From: Solirubrobacterales bacterium
GTDB taxonomy: Bacteria > Actinomycetota > Thermoleophilia > Solirubrobacterales > 70-9
Assembly (NCBI GenBank): GCA_035281725.1
Contig: DATEDJ010000004.1
Location: forward strand, 5,915-69,914
Direction: 5' to 3'
DNA: 64,000 nt
The position numbers and the translations under genes were made by a program. Of the stretch, positions 17,908-26,583 are shown in pieces. The notes beneath the pieces were generated by a model. That model ran no database searches and had not been told where the DNA came from. It saw only the letters and a program-made list of their open reading frames with translations. Position 1 is the stretch's first letter. Each line of letters opens with the position of its first letter.

Positions 17908-19246
17908 GGGCGACGAAGGCGTTCGAGATCCGCGGTTTCACCGGGTGGATCGGTGCCAGCGCAGTGATGCTCGAGTAGCCGGTCACGTAGAGGTTCTGGC
18001 CGTCGGAGATGATCGGCGTGTACGTCCCCTTCGGGTAGCTGAAGACCCGCCTGCCCGAACGCATCATGTACCCGATCGTCCTCTGGTTGGTGAACTCGGC
18101 GACGTAGACGATTTCGCCGATCGCCGAGAGCGAGCCGACCACCTGGCCGCCGGTCGAGCGGCTCCAGCGCACGCTGCCGGTCTTCGCGTTCAGCGCGTAG
18201 ATGTTGCCGTCGAAGGAGCCGATGTAGACGGTCGGCGGGCTGTGCTTGGTGCTCGCGACGGCCGGGGCCGAGTAGGCGTAGCCACCAGTCGAGTAGGTCC
18301 AGGCGAGTGCACCGTTCGACATGTCGAAGCTGTAGACGCGGTCGTCGTTGTTGCCCGCGTAGACGCGGCCGAAGGCGACCGCCGGGGTCGAGTAGAACTC
18401 GCCGCCGCTGATCCCCGTCCCCAGCGAACCGGTCGACCAGATCAGCTTGCCGGTGTCGGCGTCGACCGCGTTCATGCTGCCGCCGTAGTCCCCGACGAAG
18501 AGCCGGCCGCCGTAGTAGGCGGGCGCCGACTTCACCGGGCCCGACAGCTGGGTCGCCCAGCGGATGTGCCCGTTCACGGTCGAGACCGAGTAGAGCTTGC
18601 CGTCTTCGCAGCCGAAGTAGACGCTGCGGTCTTTCACCAGCGGCGATGACTCGGCCCGCCCCGGCAGGCGCGTTTTCCAGATCACCTTGCCGTTTTTGGC
18701 GTTCAACTTGACGATGTGGCCGGGGACCAGGTTGACGATGTAGAGGCGGTGCTTGTAATAGGTCGGCGAGGAGGCGTTGAGGCGGCCGATCCGCCGTTCC
18801 CAGATCTTTTCCCCGGTCCTGGCGTCGAGGGCGAAGGCGAAGCCCGAGTTGTTGACCGCGTAGAGGACGCCGCCGACGTAGATCGGCGGGTACTCGAGCA
18901 GCGGCCGCTCGGTGTAGCGCCACAGTTTGCGGAAGGGCGGCTTGATCCCCCTCGCGGGCAGGTAGCGGGTGCGCTGCGGGTTCAGCCCGTACATCGGCCA
19001 GTTCACCGTCCGCGGTTTGCCGCGCGCGGGCTTGGGGGCTTCTTTCGGCTTTTCCGGTTTGAAGTGGCGGATCGCTTCTTCGTTGTGGACGTCGGCCGGG
19101 CGCTTCAGCTCCTCGTAGGCGACGATCACACCCGCTACGCCGAGGACCACCACCGCGATCAGCGTGATCGCCCAGCGGCGATGCTCGCGCCACAGCCTGC
19201 GCGGGTGGACGAGAAGGGAGACGGTCGAGCGGAGGCGTTTAAGCAC
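17813..19246 (-). CDS. PQQ-like/BamB-like beta-propeller repeat protein, N-terminally membrane anchored
   Basis: 477 aa with a TM anchor (WAITLIAVVVLGVAGVIVAY). Repeated motifs ...G.VYA/G.LYS...G...W typical of PQQ_2/PQQ_3 propellers. GTG start overlaps the MBL hydrolase stop. Its 3' end overlaps the convergent GH26-like gene by 95 nt. Confidence 0.75.
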   Translation of the reverse strand: MLKRLRSTVSLLVHPRRLWREHRRWAITLIAVVVLGVAGVIVAYEELKRPADVHNEEAIRHFKPEKPKEAPKPARGKPRTVNWPMYGLNPQRTRYLPARGIKPPFRKLWRYTERPLLEYPPIYVGGVLYAVNNSGFAFALDARTGEKIWERRIGRLNASSPTYYKHRLYIVNLVPGHIVKLNAKNGKVIWKTRLPGRAESSPLVKDRSVYFGCEDGKLYSVSTVNGHIRWATQLSGPVKSAPAYYGGRLFVGDYGGSMNAVDADTGKLIWSTGSLGTGISGGEFYSTPAVAFGRVYAGNNDDRVYSFDMSNGALAWTYSTGGYAYSAPAVASTKHSPPTVYIGSFDGNIYALNAKTGSVRWSRSTGGQVVGSLSAIGEIVYVAEFTNQRTIGYMMRSGRRVFSYPKGTYTPIISDGQNLYVTGYSSITALAPIHPVKPRISNAFVAPNPVRAHPGAVAAGAAHRAHRRGKARRAAGR

Positions 19247-20237
19247 GCCAGCGCTGCGGGTCGGAGTCGGGGACCGGGTGGGCCTCGCCGAGCCCGGCGA
19301 GGTGGTCGAGACAGGCGAGGACGATCTGGAGCATGAAGCCTGCGGTCCCCGCCCGCAGGTTCTCCCGGCCGACGATCTCTTCGACCAGCTCGAAGGCGGT
19401 CGGCTCGGCTCCGGCGACGAGCCCGTCGCGGACCCGGCCGAGCAAGTCGTCGGCCTGGCGACGCACGTCGGCGATCTTCACCTCCGGGTCGCGGAACGGT
19501 TTGCCGTGCCCGGGGAGGCAGAGGTCGACCTCGAGCGGCTCGATCACGTCGAGGCTGGCGAGGTATTCGCCGAACGGGTCGGGCGTGTGGCCGTAGTCGA
19601 AGAAGAGGACCGTGCGGCCGAGCAGGTGATCGCCGGAGAGCATCAGCTTGCGCTCCGGTTGGTGCAGACAGACGTGTGAGGGGGCGTGGCCGGGGGTCTC
19701 ATAGATCTGCCAGGCGCCGATGTCGGTCTCCACCTCGACCCCGGGGACGAGCTCGCGGTCAGGGGCGCGGATCGCATCGATCTCCTCTTCGGATTTGTCG
19801 GTGCGCTCCTGCCGGTAGCGGTCGAGCGCGGCAAGCGGGACACCGCTCATCCGGCCGACCTCGATGCGCCGCTCGAGGGTCGCCTGGGGGTCGTCCGCCT
19901 GCATCCGGATGTGCTCCCACTTCGGGTGCATCCACAACTCACAACCGGTCTCCTCGCAGATCGATGCGGCGAGCCCGTAGTGGTCGGAGTGCGAGTGGGT
20001 GCAGACGACGAGCTCGATGTCTTCGACCCCGAAGCCCGACTGGGCGAGCGCCACGTCGAGCATCCGCAGCCGTCCCCGGCCGCCGACACCGGTGTCGACC
20101 AGCACGATCCCGGCCCCCCGCTGCACCGCCCAGGCGTTCCCGTGCGGCACCCCCGGCCACGGGCAGGGCAGCTTCAGCCGCCAGATCCCCGGCTGGATCC
20201 GTTCCGTACGCGGCTTCACCACAGTCACCTGAGCCAT
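19239..20237 (-). CDS. MBL-fold metallo-hydrolase
   Basis: 332 aa. THSHSDHYG metal-binding motif, later PGHAPSH and GDHLL. Confidence 0.88.
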   Translation of the reverse strand: MAQVTVVKPRTERIQPGIWRLKLPCPWPGVPHGNAWAVQRGAGIVLVDTGVGGRGRLRMLDVALAQSGFGVEDIELVVCTHSHSDHYGLAASICEETGCELWMHPKWEHIRMQADDPQATLERRIEVGRMSGVPLAALDRYRQERTDKSEEEIDAIRAPDRELVPGVEVETDIGAWQIYETPGHAPSHVCLHQPERKLMLSGDHLLGRTVLFFDYGHTPDPFGEYLASLDVIEPLEVDLCLPGHGKPFRDPEVKIADVRRQADDLLGRVRDGLVAGAEPTAFELVEEIVGRENLRAGTAGFMLQIVLACLDHLAGLGEAHPVPDSDPQRWRA

Positions 20238-20290
20238 CCGCAGATCCTCTCAGGTGCCCCGCCCGGATCGGCCGGGCACGGCGAGAGCCG

Positions 20291-20615
20291 GGGAAGGGTC
20301 ACAGGAGGCGCGAGACGTGAAGCTTCCGCGAGGCTTCGGCGCGGTGTCCCTGCCACCGCCTTTGCTCAAAAAGATGTGCGTTTAGTTTCGGGTCCACAGC
20401 AACCGAAACTAAACACACATCTTTTTGAGCGGTGAGCGCCGCGCGGGAAGCCGCGGAACCGTCGCGCCTTCGTCCCGAGACCTGCGCCCCTCCGGAACCT
20501 CCCCCCGCCCGGCGGCTGATGGGCGGCCTTAGCCCGCCAGGGCCGCCCATCAGCCGCGAGGCGACAGCTTCCCTGCCCACAGAGCCCCGCGGCGCCAGCC
20601 TCCCCATCCGCCGAG
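20291..20615. repeat. Composite ~320-bp intergenic repeat (family C, copy 1) with two long hairpins
   Basis: Aligns by eye along its whole length (roughly 80% identity) with 47424-47740. Its right half matches 33925-34085 in reverse complement. Contains a 28-bp AT-rich hairpin (20364-20430) and a 17-bp hairpin (20512-20557). Confidence 0.85.
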
Positions 20616-20676
20616 GCCCGGGGCGCCGGGTTCCACCCTCAGCGGCCCGCGGCGCCACCGGCAACCGGCGCGCCGG

Positions 20677-21228
20677 TCAGCTGTCGTCGGGGGCCTCGCG
20701 GAACTGCATCGCGCCGGCGATCGCGAAGCAGAGGGCGCCGGTCAGGGTGCCCCAGTTGGCGATCGCGACCGCGATCATGTCGCCGTCGGCGCGGACGAAG
20801 GAGGCGACCGCGGCGACCATGAAGAGGACCGAGCCAGCCTGGTTGACGACGACGATCCACCAGCCGAGGCCCTCGCCCCACACCTTCCACCAGGAGCCGG
20901 CGATGTCGACCATCGCCAGTTGGCCGGAGATCAAGAAGAGGGCGCAGCCGATGATGTCCGGGCTCCAGACCAGGCGGTCCTCCTGCGCCGGGCTGAGGTC
21001 GCCGATCAGCGAGTCGAGGAGGTTGAAGCCGAAGACAATGGTGCCGGCGAAGAGGACCGCGGCGGCCAGGTAGTCGTAGTTGCGCGGTTCGCGCGCCCAC
21101 CAGCGCCACGGCCCCCGCGCCCAGCTGCCATCGCGCCGCCGGTGCGGGGCGTTGATCGCCAGCAGCACCGAGCTGTAACCGCCGGTGGAGAAAAAGACGC
21201 CGCCCACCAGGTAGACGGCCGCGACCAT
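20677..21228 (-). CDS. YrhK-like multi-pass membrane protein (5' end uncertain)
   Basis: 183 aa with 5 predicted TM segments and repeated LVGG.FFS.G / FLISGQL-type helices. The in-frame upstream sequence (to 21324) reads as a sixth helix, AVAAGAFLVGGSLFAIGAAL, but has no ATG/GTG/TTG. Confidence 0.6.
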   Translation of the reverse strand: MVAAVYLVGGVFFSTGGYSSVLLAINAPHRRRDGSWARGPWRWWAREPRNYDYLAAAVLFAGTIVFGFNLLDSLIGDLSPAQEDRLVWSPDIIGCALFLISGQLAMVDIAGSWWKVWGEGLGWWIVVVNQAGSVLFMVAAVASFVRADGDMIAVAIANWGTLTGALCFAIAGAMQFREAPDDS

Positions 21229-21322
21229 GCGCGGCCCGCCGATGTCGGCCTGGGCCAGCGCGGCGCCGATCGCGAACAGCGAGCCGCCGACGAGGAAGGC
21301 CCCCGCGGCGACCGCGTTCGCT

Positions 21323-22153
21323 CTACGCAGCGCCGAAGGTCTCGGGGTCTGGACCGATGCGATGGCCGGTCTCGAGGCGGGCGATCGCCGCCAGGTCGTC
21401 TTCGCCCAGCTCGAAATCGAACAGGTCGAGGTTGGCGCGGATCCGCTCCGGGGTCACCGACTTCGGGATCACCACGTTGCCGAGCTGCAGGTGCCAGCGG
21501 AGGGTCACCTGGGCGACGGTCTTCTGGTGGTGGGCGGCGATCGTCATCAAGGTCTCGTCCGCGAGCACCTCGCCCTGGGCGAGCGGGCTCCAGGCCTCGG
21601 TCGCGATCCCGTGCTCGGCGTGCCAGGCGCGCAGCTCGTCCTGCTGGCGGAGCGGGTGGAGCTCGATCTGGTTGATCGTCGGCATCGTCCCGGCCTCCTG
21701 CTGGAGGCGTTCGAGGTCGGCGATGCGGAAGTTGGAGACGCCGATCGCGCGCGACCCGCCCTCAGCGTGGATCCGTTCGAAGGCGCGCCAGGTGTCGAGG
21801 TAGAGGTCGCGCGAGGGGACCGGCCAGTGGATCAGGTAGAGGTCGACGTGGTCGGTGTCCAGGGCTTCGATCGAGCGGTCGAAGGCGGCCAGGGTCGAGT
21901 CGAAGCCCTGCTCGGAGTTCCATAGCTTGGTGGTGATGAAGATCTCCCCGCGGGGCACCCCGGAGGCGGCGATCCCGGCGGCGACGCCGCGCTCGTTGCG
22001 GTAGGCGGCGGCGGTGTCGATGTGGCGGTAGCCCGCGGCGAGCGCCGCCTCGACCGCGCGCTGGGTCTCGTCGGGAGGGATCTGGAAGACGCCGTAGCCG
22101 AGCTGCGGGATCTCGACGCCGTCGCTCAGCCGGACGTGCGTGACGTCGGCCAC
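21323..22153 (-). CDS. Aldo/keto reductase (2,5-diketo-D-gluconate reductase-like)
   Basis: 276 aa, GTG start. GYRHIDTAAAYRNE, LWNS, DLYLIHWP and IPKSVTPERI motifs. Confidence 0.92.
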   Translation of the reverse strand: MADVTHVRLSDGVEIPQLGYGVFQIPPDETQRAVEAALAAGYRHIDTAAAYRNERGVAAGIAASGVPRGEIFITTKLWNSEQGFDSTLAAFDRSIEALDTDHVDLYLIHWPVPSRDLYLDTWRAFERIHAEGGSRAIGVSNFRIADLERLQQEAGTMPTINQIELHPLRQQDELRAWHAEHGIATEAWSPLAQGEVLADETLMTIAAHHQKTVAQVTLRWHLQLGNVVIPKSVTPERIRANLDLFDFELGEDDLAAIARLETGHRIGPDPETFGAA

Positions 22154-22157
22154 CGCG

Positions 22158-22331
22158 CTAGGAGGAGGCGAGGCCGATCGCGATCAGCGGAAACGCGATC
22201 ATGAAGCCGAGCATGGCGCCCATCGCGGCGCCGGAGCCGAAGGTCGCGGTACGCGAGCGCGCGCCGGTGAGCGCGCCGGTCACGCAGACGAGGGCGGCGA
22301 GTCCGGCTCCGATCCAGAAGATGGCAGGCAT
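22158..22331 (-). CDS. Small two-helix membrane protein (57 aa), not in the ORF track
   Basis: My translation: MPAIFWIGAGLAALVCVTGALTGARSRTATFGSGAAMGAMLGFMIAFPLIAIGLASS*. ATG at rc 22329-22331, stop 5 nt upstream of the AKR start. The length is divisible by 3. The prediction is compositional only. Confidence 0.4.
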   Translation of the reverse strand: MPAIFWIGAGLAALVCVTGALTGARSRTATFGSGAAMGAMLGFMIAFPLIAIGLASS

Positions 22332-22398
22332 CAAGTCGGCAGCCTACCGAACCGATAACCCAGGAGGAATCCATGAGAGCTTCCTGAACTCACCTGAC

Positions 22399-23970
22399 AT
22401 GAACACCACCCCGGCGAAAAACTCGAAGCTGATCCTGGCGGCGATGATCTTCGCGGTGTCGATGACCTTCATCGACCAGACGATCGTCGCGATCTCGCTG
22501 CCGACGATCCAAGGGGACGTCCACCTCTCGACCACCGGGTCGCAGTGGATCATCAACGGCTACCTGCTCTCGCTCTCGGCGCTCTTCGCCTTCGGCGGGC
22601 GGCTCGCCGACATCGCCGGACACCGCCGCATGGTGGTCATCGGCGTGATCGTCTTCGCCACCGCCTCCGCCCTCTGCGGCGCCACCCCGACCGGCTCCGC
22701 CGCCGAGGCGTGGCTGATCTTCTTCCGCATCGTCCAGGGCGCCGGCGCGGCGATCATGTTCCCGGCGGCGCTGGCGATCGTCCTCGACGCCTTCCCGGTC
22801 GCCCAGCGCGGCCGCGCGATGGCGATCTTCTTCGGCATCGCCGGCGGGCTCACCTCGATCGGCCCGATCGCCGGCGGCTACCTCACCGAGTGGACCTGGC
22901 GCTCGATCTTCTGGATCAACGTCCCGGTCGCGATCATCGCCCTCTTCCTCACCTGGAAAGCAAAGCCCGCCGACGAACGCCACCCGGGCAAGATCGACTA
23001 CAAGGGCACCGTCCTCGCCTGCGGCGGCATGGGCCTGCTGGTCCTCGGCCTGCAGCAGTCGGCGGTCTGGGGCTGGGGCGACGTCAAGACCTGGGCCTCG
23101 ATCGTGATCGGCCTGGCGATCCTCGCCTGGTTCGTCATCGACCAGCTGAACGCCACCAATCCGCTGCTGCGCCTGCGGATCTTCGAGAACCGCGCCTTCG
23201 CGATCGACAACGCCGTCCTCTTCTTCCTGATGATCGCCTTCGTGCCGCTGTTCTTCTTCGCCAGCGAGTACGCCCAGATCTCGCTCGGCGAATCGGCCTC
23301 GGAAACCGGGCTCTACCTCTTGATCTTCTTCGCCGGGTTCGCCACCGCGACCCAGCGGGGCGGCCGGATCCTCGATCGCGTCGGGGCACGCAACGCGGTG
23401 GTGCCCGGCCTCGCGATCGGCGCGGTCGGCTTCTGGCTCTGGGGCAACTCGATGACCCACCTGTCGGTCTCCGAACAGTGGTACTGGATCGTCATGGCCG
23501 GGGCCGGGGTCGGGCTGGTCCTCTCCCCCGCCAACACCGACGCGCTGAACCGCGTCGCGCGCAGCCGCTACGGCGAGGCGACCGGGATCACCCAGACGGT
23601 CCGCAACTTCGGCTCCAGCCTCGGCCTGGCGATCCTCGGCTCGCTGCTGATCACCTGGAACAAGTCGAACCTGGAGAGCGCCCTCGGCGCCAAAGGCGTG
23701 CCGAAGGGGAAAGCCGACGCGGTCGCCGAATGCGTCTCCCAGGGCGAAGCGTCCTGCCAGCAAATCGCCCACACGCTCGGCTCGAAGGCGGGCGAGGTCT
23801 TCAGCGCCGTGCCGATGTCCTTCGCCGAAGCGAGCCGGGATGTCTTCCACGGGATGGCCATCGCCCTGGCGATCGCCTTCGTCATCGCGATCAAATTCAT
23901 GCCCAGCGGCAAAGTCGAAGAAGGCGAAGTCCCCGAGGACGAGCCCGACGAGGTACGTTTGGCCGCGTGA
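22399..23970 (+). CDS. MFS transporter, EmrB/QacA (DHA2, 14-TMS) type
   Basis: The internal ATG at 22399 gives MNTTPAKNSKLILAAMIFAVSMTFIDQTIVAISLPTIQ. GGRLADIAGHRRM matches the MFS motif A region. 523 aa. Confidence 0.9.
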   Translation: MNTTPAKNSKLILAAMIFAVSMTFIDQTIVAISLPTIQGDVHLSTTGSQWIINGYLLSLSALFAFGGRLADIAGHRRMVVIGVIVFATASALCGATPTGSAAEAWLIFFRIVQGAGAAIMFPAALAIVLDAFPVAQRGRAMAIFFGIAGGLTSIGPIAGGYLTEWTWRSIFWINVPVAIIALFLTWKAKPADERHPGKIDYKGTVLACGGMGLLVLGLQQSAVWGWGDVKTWASIVIGLAILAWFVIDQLNATNPLLRLRIFENRAFAIDNAVLFFLMIAFVPLFFFASEYAQISLGESASETGLYLLIFFAGFATATQRGGRILDRVGARNAVVPGLAIGAVGFWLWGNSMTHLSVSEQWYWIVMAGAGVGLVLSPANTDALNRVARSRYGEATGITQTVRNFGSSLGLAILGSLLITWNKSNLESALGAKGVPKGKADAVAECVSQGEASCQQIAHTLGSKAGEVFSAVPMSFAEASRDVFHGMAIALAIAFVIAIKFMPSGKVEEGEVPEDEPDEVRLAA

Positions 23971-25976
23971 AGCGGCCGCGCCTGCTCGTCCTCGTCGCGC
24001 TGCTGCTGCTCGCCCTCGCGGCGCTCCCGACCGCGGCGCTCGCGGCGACACCGGAGGTGGAGTCGGCGGCCGAAGAACTGGCGGAAAAATATGTCCCGAT
24101 CACCGAGCTGCGGGAAGAGACCGACCCGCCCTGCGACACCTCCCAGGAGCAGTACCAGCCGACCAGCGTCGACACCGTGCTCGGCAATCCCGACGTGGTC
24201 CTCCAGCACGCCGCCGACGGGGCCGAAAAGGGGCCGCTGGTCGACGTGCGGCGGGCGCCGAGCGCCGCCGACATCGCCGGGCTCGGCGAGGGCTGGTACC
24301 TGAACCTCGAAGGCCGCGTGCTCGGCGACACCTGCGTCTACGCCCGGGCGTTCAAAAAGCTGATCGACGAAGGCAAGGCGCCCGCCGTCACCTACGCCCA
24401 CATCGCCCGCGAAAAGGGCCACTCCGGGTTCGCCCTCCAGTACTGGTTCTTCTGGTACTTCAACCAGTTCAACGACCTCCACGAGGGTGACTGGGAGGGG
24501 ATGCAGATCACCTTCGAAGCCGACCATCCGGCGGTCGCACTGCACGAAGAACCGAGCGAAATCATCCTCTTCCAGCACGCCGGCGGCGAGCGCGCGAAGT
24601 GGACCGACGGCAAGGTGCAGAAGGAAGGGACGCACCCGATCGTCTACCCGGCGGCGGGGTCGCACGCGACCTTCTACGACTCCGCCGTCTACGTCGAGAA
24701 CGGCCAGCACGGCTCCGGTCTCGGCTGCGACAACACCACCGGGCCGCTGCGCGAACTGAAGCTGGCGCCGATCATGATGCCGAACGGGATCCGCACCCGC
24801 GGCCCCTTCGCCTGGACTAGCTACGGCGGCCGCTGGGGCGAACGCGAAAAGGGCTTCAACAACGGCCCGACCGGGCCGCAGACGAAGACCGTGTGGCGCG
24901 AACCGTTCGCCTGGATGGAAAAGCAGCGGACCACCAGCCCGCGCCTTCCCGGCGGCACGATCGCCGGCCCGCAGGTGACGAAGGCGTTCTGCGGCGCGGT
25001 CGCCGCCGCCTCCGAACTGATCAACCTCGACGCCGAATCGCCGGGTGCCGCGGCGGCGACGGTGATCGTCCTGGCCGTCCTCCTGATCCTCTTCGTCGGC
25101 GTCACCAAGTGGCGCCCGGTCGACATCGACACCCTGCGCCGACGCCGCGCCTTCGGCCAGATCCTGCGCGCCGCGCGCCAGTTCTACGGCCGCCACTGGC
25201 GGGTGCTCTTACCGGTGGCGCTGGCGGCGCTGGTGCTGATCGGGGTGACCAACCTGTTGGCCGGGCTGATCTCCGAATCGGCGCCACAGCCGGGCGAAAC
25301 CGGCATCAACCTCGCCTGGGCCGACCTGCTCGAACAGTTCATTCGACCGGTCGCCCAGGCGCTGGTCGCGGCGATCGCGATCGTCATCGCCCGCGAAGCG
25401 ACGTGCGACAAGGAGGTCGGCTTCGTGCAGGCGCTGCGCGGGGTGAAAGAGCGCTTCTGGCGCGTCGTCGGGGCGCAGCTGCTGGCGACGATCGGGGTCC
25501 TGCTGCTGGCGTTCACCGTGATCGGCCTCCCCTTCGCGATCTGGAAGCTGGTCGGCTGGGCCTTCGTGCAGGAGGAAGTGATCTTCACCGACAGGGGCTT
25601 CCGCGAGTCCTTCCGCGCCAGCTCGGAGCTGGTCCGCGGGCGCTGGTTCCGGACCGCACGGGTGATCCTGATCTTCTACGTGATCGGCATCGCGACCGGG
25701 CCGATCCTCACCTTCGCCCTGATCTTCACCGCGCTGCCGCTGTTCTGGATCAACGTGATCGGCTCGCTCGTCTTCGCCCTGCTGATCCCGTTCACGGCGC
25801 TCGGCGGCACCTTCCTCTACTTCGACCTGAGTGTGCGCGAGGAAGAGGAACCGTCGAAACCGCGCCGCCGGCGTGTGAGGAGGATCGTGGGACCCGCTCT
25901 CTCACGAACTGCGGGGAGGTTCGTTCGGGGGTCCCACGATCCTCCATCGGCAGCCGGCGGCACGGCGATCGATTAG
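23967..25976 (+). CDS. Secreted/membrane fusion protein: Vps62/DUF946-like N-terminal domain + polytopic C-terminal membrane domain
   Basis: The GTG at 23967 overlaps the MFS stop (GTGA) and gives VKRPRLLVLVALLLLALAALPTAALA (signal). QYWFFWYFNQFNDLHEGDWEGMQI...HPIVYPAAGSHATFY resembles Vps62-type domains. The C-terminal ~280 aa has about 6 TM segments. This is the last 669 codons of the listed 1143-aa ORF. The upstream part of that ORF is a shadow frame of the MFS gene. Confidence 0.75.
   Translation: MKRPRLLVLVALLLLALAALPTAALAATPEVESAAEELAEKYVPITELREETDPPCDTSQEQYQPTSVDTVLGNPDVVLQHAADGAEKGPLVDVRRAPSAADIAGLGEGWYLNLEGRVLGDTCVYARAFKKLIDEGKAPAVTYAHIAREKGHSGFALQYWFFWYFNQFNDLHEGDWEGMQITFEADHPAVALHEEPSEIILFQHAGGERAKWTDGKVQKEGTHPIVYPAAGSHATFYDSAVYVENGQHGSGLGCDNTTGPLRELKLAPIMMPNGIRTRGPFAWTSYGGRWGEREKGFNNGPTGPQTKTVWREPFAWMEKQRTTSPRLPGGTIAGPQVTKAFCGAVAAASELINLDAESPGAAAATVIVLAVLLILFVGVTKWRPVDIDTLRRRRAFGQILRAARQFYGRHWRVLLPVALAALVLIGVTNLLAGLISESAPQPGETGINLAWADLLEQFIRPVAQALVAAIAIVIAREATCDKEVGFVQALRGVKERFWRVVGAQLLATIGVLLLAFTVIGLPFAIWKLVGWAFVQEEVIFTDRGFRESFRASSELVRGRWFRTARVILIFYVIGIATGPILTFALIFTALPLFWINVIGSLVFALLIPFTALGGTFLYFDLSVREEEEPSKPRRRRVRRIVGPALSRTAGRFVRGSHDPPSAAGGTAID
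25879..25945. repeat. Hairpin family A, copy 3, embedded in the 3' end of the 23967-25976 CDS
   Basis: 17-bp perfect stem: ggaggatcgtgggaccc (25879-25895) pairs with gggtcccacgatcctcc (25929-25945). The loop gctctctcacgaactgcggggaggttcgttcgg is homologous to the loops at 11223-11252 and 11423-11452. Confidence 0.8.
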
Positions 25977-25977
25977 G

Positions 25978-26583
25978 TTGGCGGGCGTGAAGCTCCTCGC
26001 CTTCTCAGATCTGCACCGGGACGTCGGCCAGGCGGCGAAGCTGGTCGAGATGTCGGGCGACGCGGACGTCGTCATCGGGGCGGGTGACTTCGCCTCGATC
26101 CACGAGGGTCTGGAGGAGACGATCGGGGCGCTGGCGCCGATTGAGAAGCCGACGATCCTCGTCCCCGGCAACAACGAGACGGTCGCCGCGCTGCGCGCCG
26201 CGGCCGCCGGTTGGCCAGCGGCGACGGTCCTCCACGGCGAGGGGACGACGATCGAGGGGACCGAGTTCTTCGGCCTCGGCGCCGGGGTCCCGACCACGCC
26301 CTGGGACTGGAGCTTCGACCTCTCCGAGGAGGAGGCCGCATCGATGATCGCGCCGGCGCCGGAGGGCGGCGTGATGGTCCTCCACTCGCCGCCGAAGGGC
26401 CACTGCGATGGCGGCGGTCCCGACACCCACTTCGGCAGCGAGGCGCTGCTGGCGGCGGTCGAGGCGAAGCGGCCGCGGCTGGTCGTCTTCGGCCACATCC
26501 ACGAGGCCTGGGGCTGCCAGAGCGCGGTCGGCGACTCGCCGCTGCGCAACCTCGGCCCGCGCGGTACCTGGATCGAGATCTAA
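25978..26583 (+). CDS. Metallophosphoesterase (calcineurin-like)
   Basis: 201 aa. LLAFSDLHRD, GAGDF, VPGNNE and FGHIHE motifs. The listed start is a TTG at 25978. The GTG at 25987 (VKLLAFSDLH) is equally plausible. Confidence 0.85.
   Translation: MAGVKLLAFSDLHRDVGQAAKLVEMSGDADVVIGAGDFASIHEGLEETIGALAPIEKPTILVPGNNETVAALRAAAAGWPAATVLHGEGTTIEGTEFFGLGAGVPTTPWDWSFDLSEEEAASMIAPAPEGGVMVLHSPPKGHCDGGGPDTHFGSEALLAAVEAKRPRLVVFGHIHEAWGCQSAVGDSPLRNLGPRGTWIEI

Noticed and set aside
20364-20430. The long AT-rich hairpin as a retron msd-like or type I toxin/antitoxin RNA.
   Set aside because: No reverse transcriptase, no flanking a1/a2 repeats and no small hydrophobic toxin ORF were found. It is part of a dispersed repeat (second copy at 47496-47562).
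22545-23966. The N-terminal 474 codons of the listed 1143-aa ORF (22545-25976).
   Set aside because: This part is the +1 shadow of the MFS transporter gene and is Arg/Pro/Asp-rich. A signal-peptide-bearing start (GTG at 23967) coincides exactly with the MFS stop, so only 23967-25976 is called.
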